Source: Eledone cirrhosa
Taxonomy: Eukaryota
Length of the DNA stretch: 64,000 nt
Assembly: GCA_964016885.1 (NCBI GenBank)
Contig: OZ024741.1
Coordinates: forward strand, 388,740,001 to 388,804,000
Direction of reading: 5' to 3'
Shown piece after piece: positions 62,913 through 64,000 of the stretch. The first letter of the stretch is position 1, and every line of letters starts with the position of its first letter. The translations under genes and the position numbers were made by a program. The notes beneath the pieces were generated by a model that made no database searches, had not been told where the DNA came from, and worked only from the letters and a program-made list of their open reading frames with translations.

Positions 62913-64000
62913 TTATATATTCAAGAATAAAACTGAATCATAAAATGATTAGTATGTAATGTTTTAGTTTTCTTCAGGTAGCTTTCCAGGGATCTTTCGT
63001 TTTAGGTATATAAAATTACTGACAAAAAATGAAGTATATAAAACTGAAAGAAAATTATAATCACCAATAAAATGAAACTGAAAGAAAACGATAATCATGA
63101 ATAAAATTAAACTGAAAAACAATTAATTATTTATATATTTAATAAATGACTACATGTGGAAGATTAAAAGCTCCAGTAATCAATGTGGAGATATGACTCA
63201 AAGAAATCTTTGGATTTTACCAGAAAAATATTTCAAAAGTCTTTCAGGTTTTGGAGAAAAATCAAATACCTAAAAACCAGTCATTCTTATATATTCAATT
63301 GGCGAAACATAATTTTCATTCAGTTTTATTTTATTGTTGGCTATTTTATATACCTAAAATGAAAGATTGGTAGCTTTTTAATGTAATTATCTCAACCATA
63401 GAGTGGTGAATTGGTAGAATTGTTAGAGCATCTGACAAAATGCTTTGCAGTGCTTCTTCCGATTCTTTAAATTTTGAATGTGCAGGCAAGTAAGGAGAAC
63501 TTGTCTGTAGAAAGCCGCCCAAACGGAAAACGGTGTTTTGTAAAAAAAAATAACAATGCCCTCCGCCCCAACTTTGTTTCTTTATAATATTCTTCATTAT
63601 GCATATTTTAAAATGAAATTTTGCAGGTTTACATTTACATCTACATCGAAAGTGTAGATAACGATGTGTTACTGGAATTTAAAAGAAAGAAAAAAGTTCT
63701 TTTTACAATTCATAGTTGTAGAAATGACACTGTGTTCTCGTAGAAATATCTTAAGTTATATTTGTTATCAAAAGGAAATTGGAAGGCATAAGGAAAAAAT
63801 TCCCAAATTTATATGATTAGTCAACTACAAATACAAATAGAACGTGATTTTATTACAATTCTATAATAGAATAATATGATAGAAGACGGAGTAAAGGTGA
63901 CAGTGACAACAGGTAGAGAAGTAAGCATAAGCATAAGTGTGTAAGATTAAAGAAATTGAGTAGGGGAGTTGAGTCCATTGGGGAAACTGGACCTAAGGTA

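Overview
This is AT-rich eukaryotic (metazoan) intronic or intergenic DNA. The microsatellite load and repeat families suggest a cephalopod, probably octopus (inference). No host protein-coding gene, rRNA, genuine tRNA or CRISPR array could be supported. The window is a mosaic of decayed mobile elements. Non-LTR retroelements include several RTE-clade families (one with a C4HC3 PHD-like finger inside ORF2), a near full-length R4/Dong-clade element, a pile-up of R4 fragments in (TAA)n, a near full-length CR1, and L1-Tx1 and CRE fragments. Penelope-like remnants include a GIY-YIG-type relic and several minimal type I hammerhead ribozyme motifs. DNA elements include a Helitron PIF1 fragment, a Chapaev-like transposase relic, and hAT, Tc2/pogo and piggyBac-like non-autonomous elements. 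There are also many tRNA-derived SINEs. Most ORFs in the supplied track are microsatellite artefacts or antisense shadows of TE ORFs. The most notable observations are the hammerhead-bearing, RT-less Penelope derivatives, the PHD finger in the RTE ORF2, a permuted R4 concatemer and a possible R4-SINE 3' end link. Boundaries were read by eye and are approximate unless TSDs or TIRs are quoted.
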